This document shows positions 63,907-63,908 of a DNA stretch of 63,908 nucleotides, piece after piece. The stretch comes from a virus. Taxonomy: Duplodnaviria; Caudoviricetes. The stretch's first letter is position 1, and the number at the start of each line of letters is the position of its first letter. Where the stretch lies: positions 1 through 63,908 of IMG/VR virus record IMGVR_UViG_3300048033_000958. The stretch is one strand, 5' to 3'. The notes under the pieces were generated by a model. The model was not told where the DNA came from and ran no database searches. It worked only from the letters and a program-made list of their open reading frames with translations. A program made the translations under genes and the position numbers.

Positions 63907-63908
63907 TT

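Noticed and set aside
1-63908. Stop-codon reassignment, introns or inteins
   Set aside because: Core genes (PolB, NrdA/B, RecA, helicase, sheath) are full-length and uninterrupted in the standard code, and TAA, TAG and TGA all serve as stops.

Overview
This window is a 63.9-kb segment of a large T4-like myophage genome. Essentially all credible genes are on the minus strand and use the standard genetic code. In transcription order (right to left) it holds: (1) a collagen-like fibre gene followed by a 2OG-Fe(II) hydroxylase, a GT2 and a GT4/lysyl-hydroxylase-like fusion; (2) neck, sheath, tube, a frameshifted tail chaperone, tape measure and baseplate genes; (3) small early genes; (4) a replication/recombination block (divergent PolA, gp32, RecA/UvsX, RNase H-like nuclease, helicase, NrdAB, thioredoxin, PolB, clamp, clamp loader) interleaved with likely DNA-modification genes; (5) a ~14-kb glycosylation island with a carbamoyltransferase, GT4/GT2 enzymes, a UDP-sugar dehydrogenase, KdsA, a NeuB/NANS-like synthase, two CMP-sugar synthetases and three GT29 sialyltransferase-like genes; (6) an amidase, small membrane/lipoprotein genes and an intact PAS histidine kinase/response regulator pair. 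Nine TTTG-N20-TATATTAG-type promoters point to a Bacteroidota/FCB-group host. The best candidates for undescribed systems are a phage collagen hydroxylation/glycosylation module, a phage ulosonic-acid (sialylation-like) pathway, and a phage two-component system beside lysis-type genes. All calls come from motif recognition by eye; no database searches were run.
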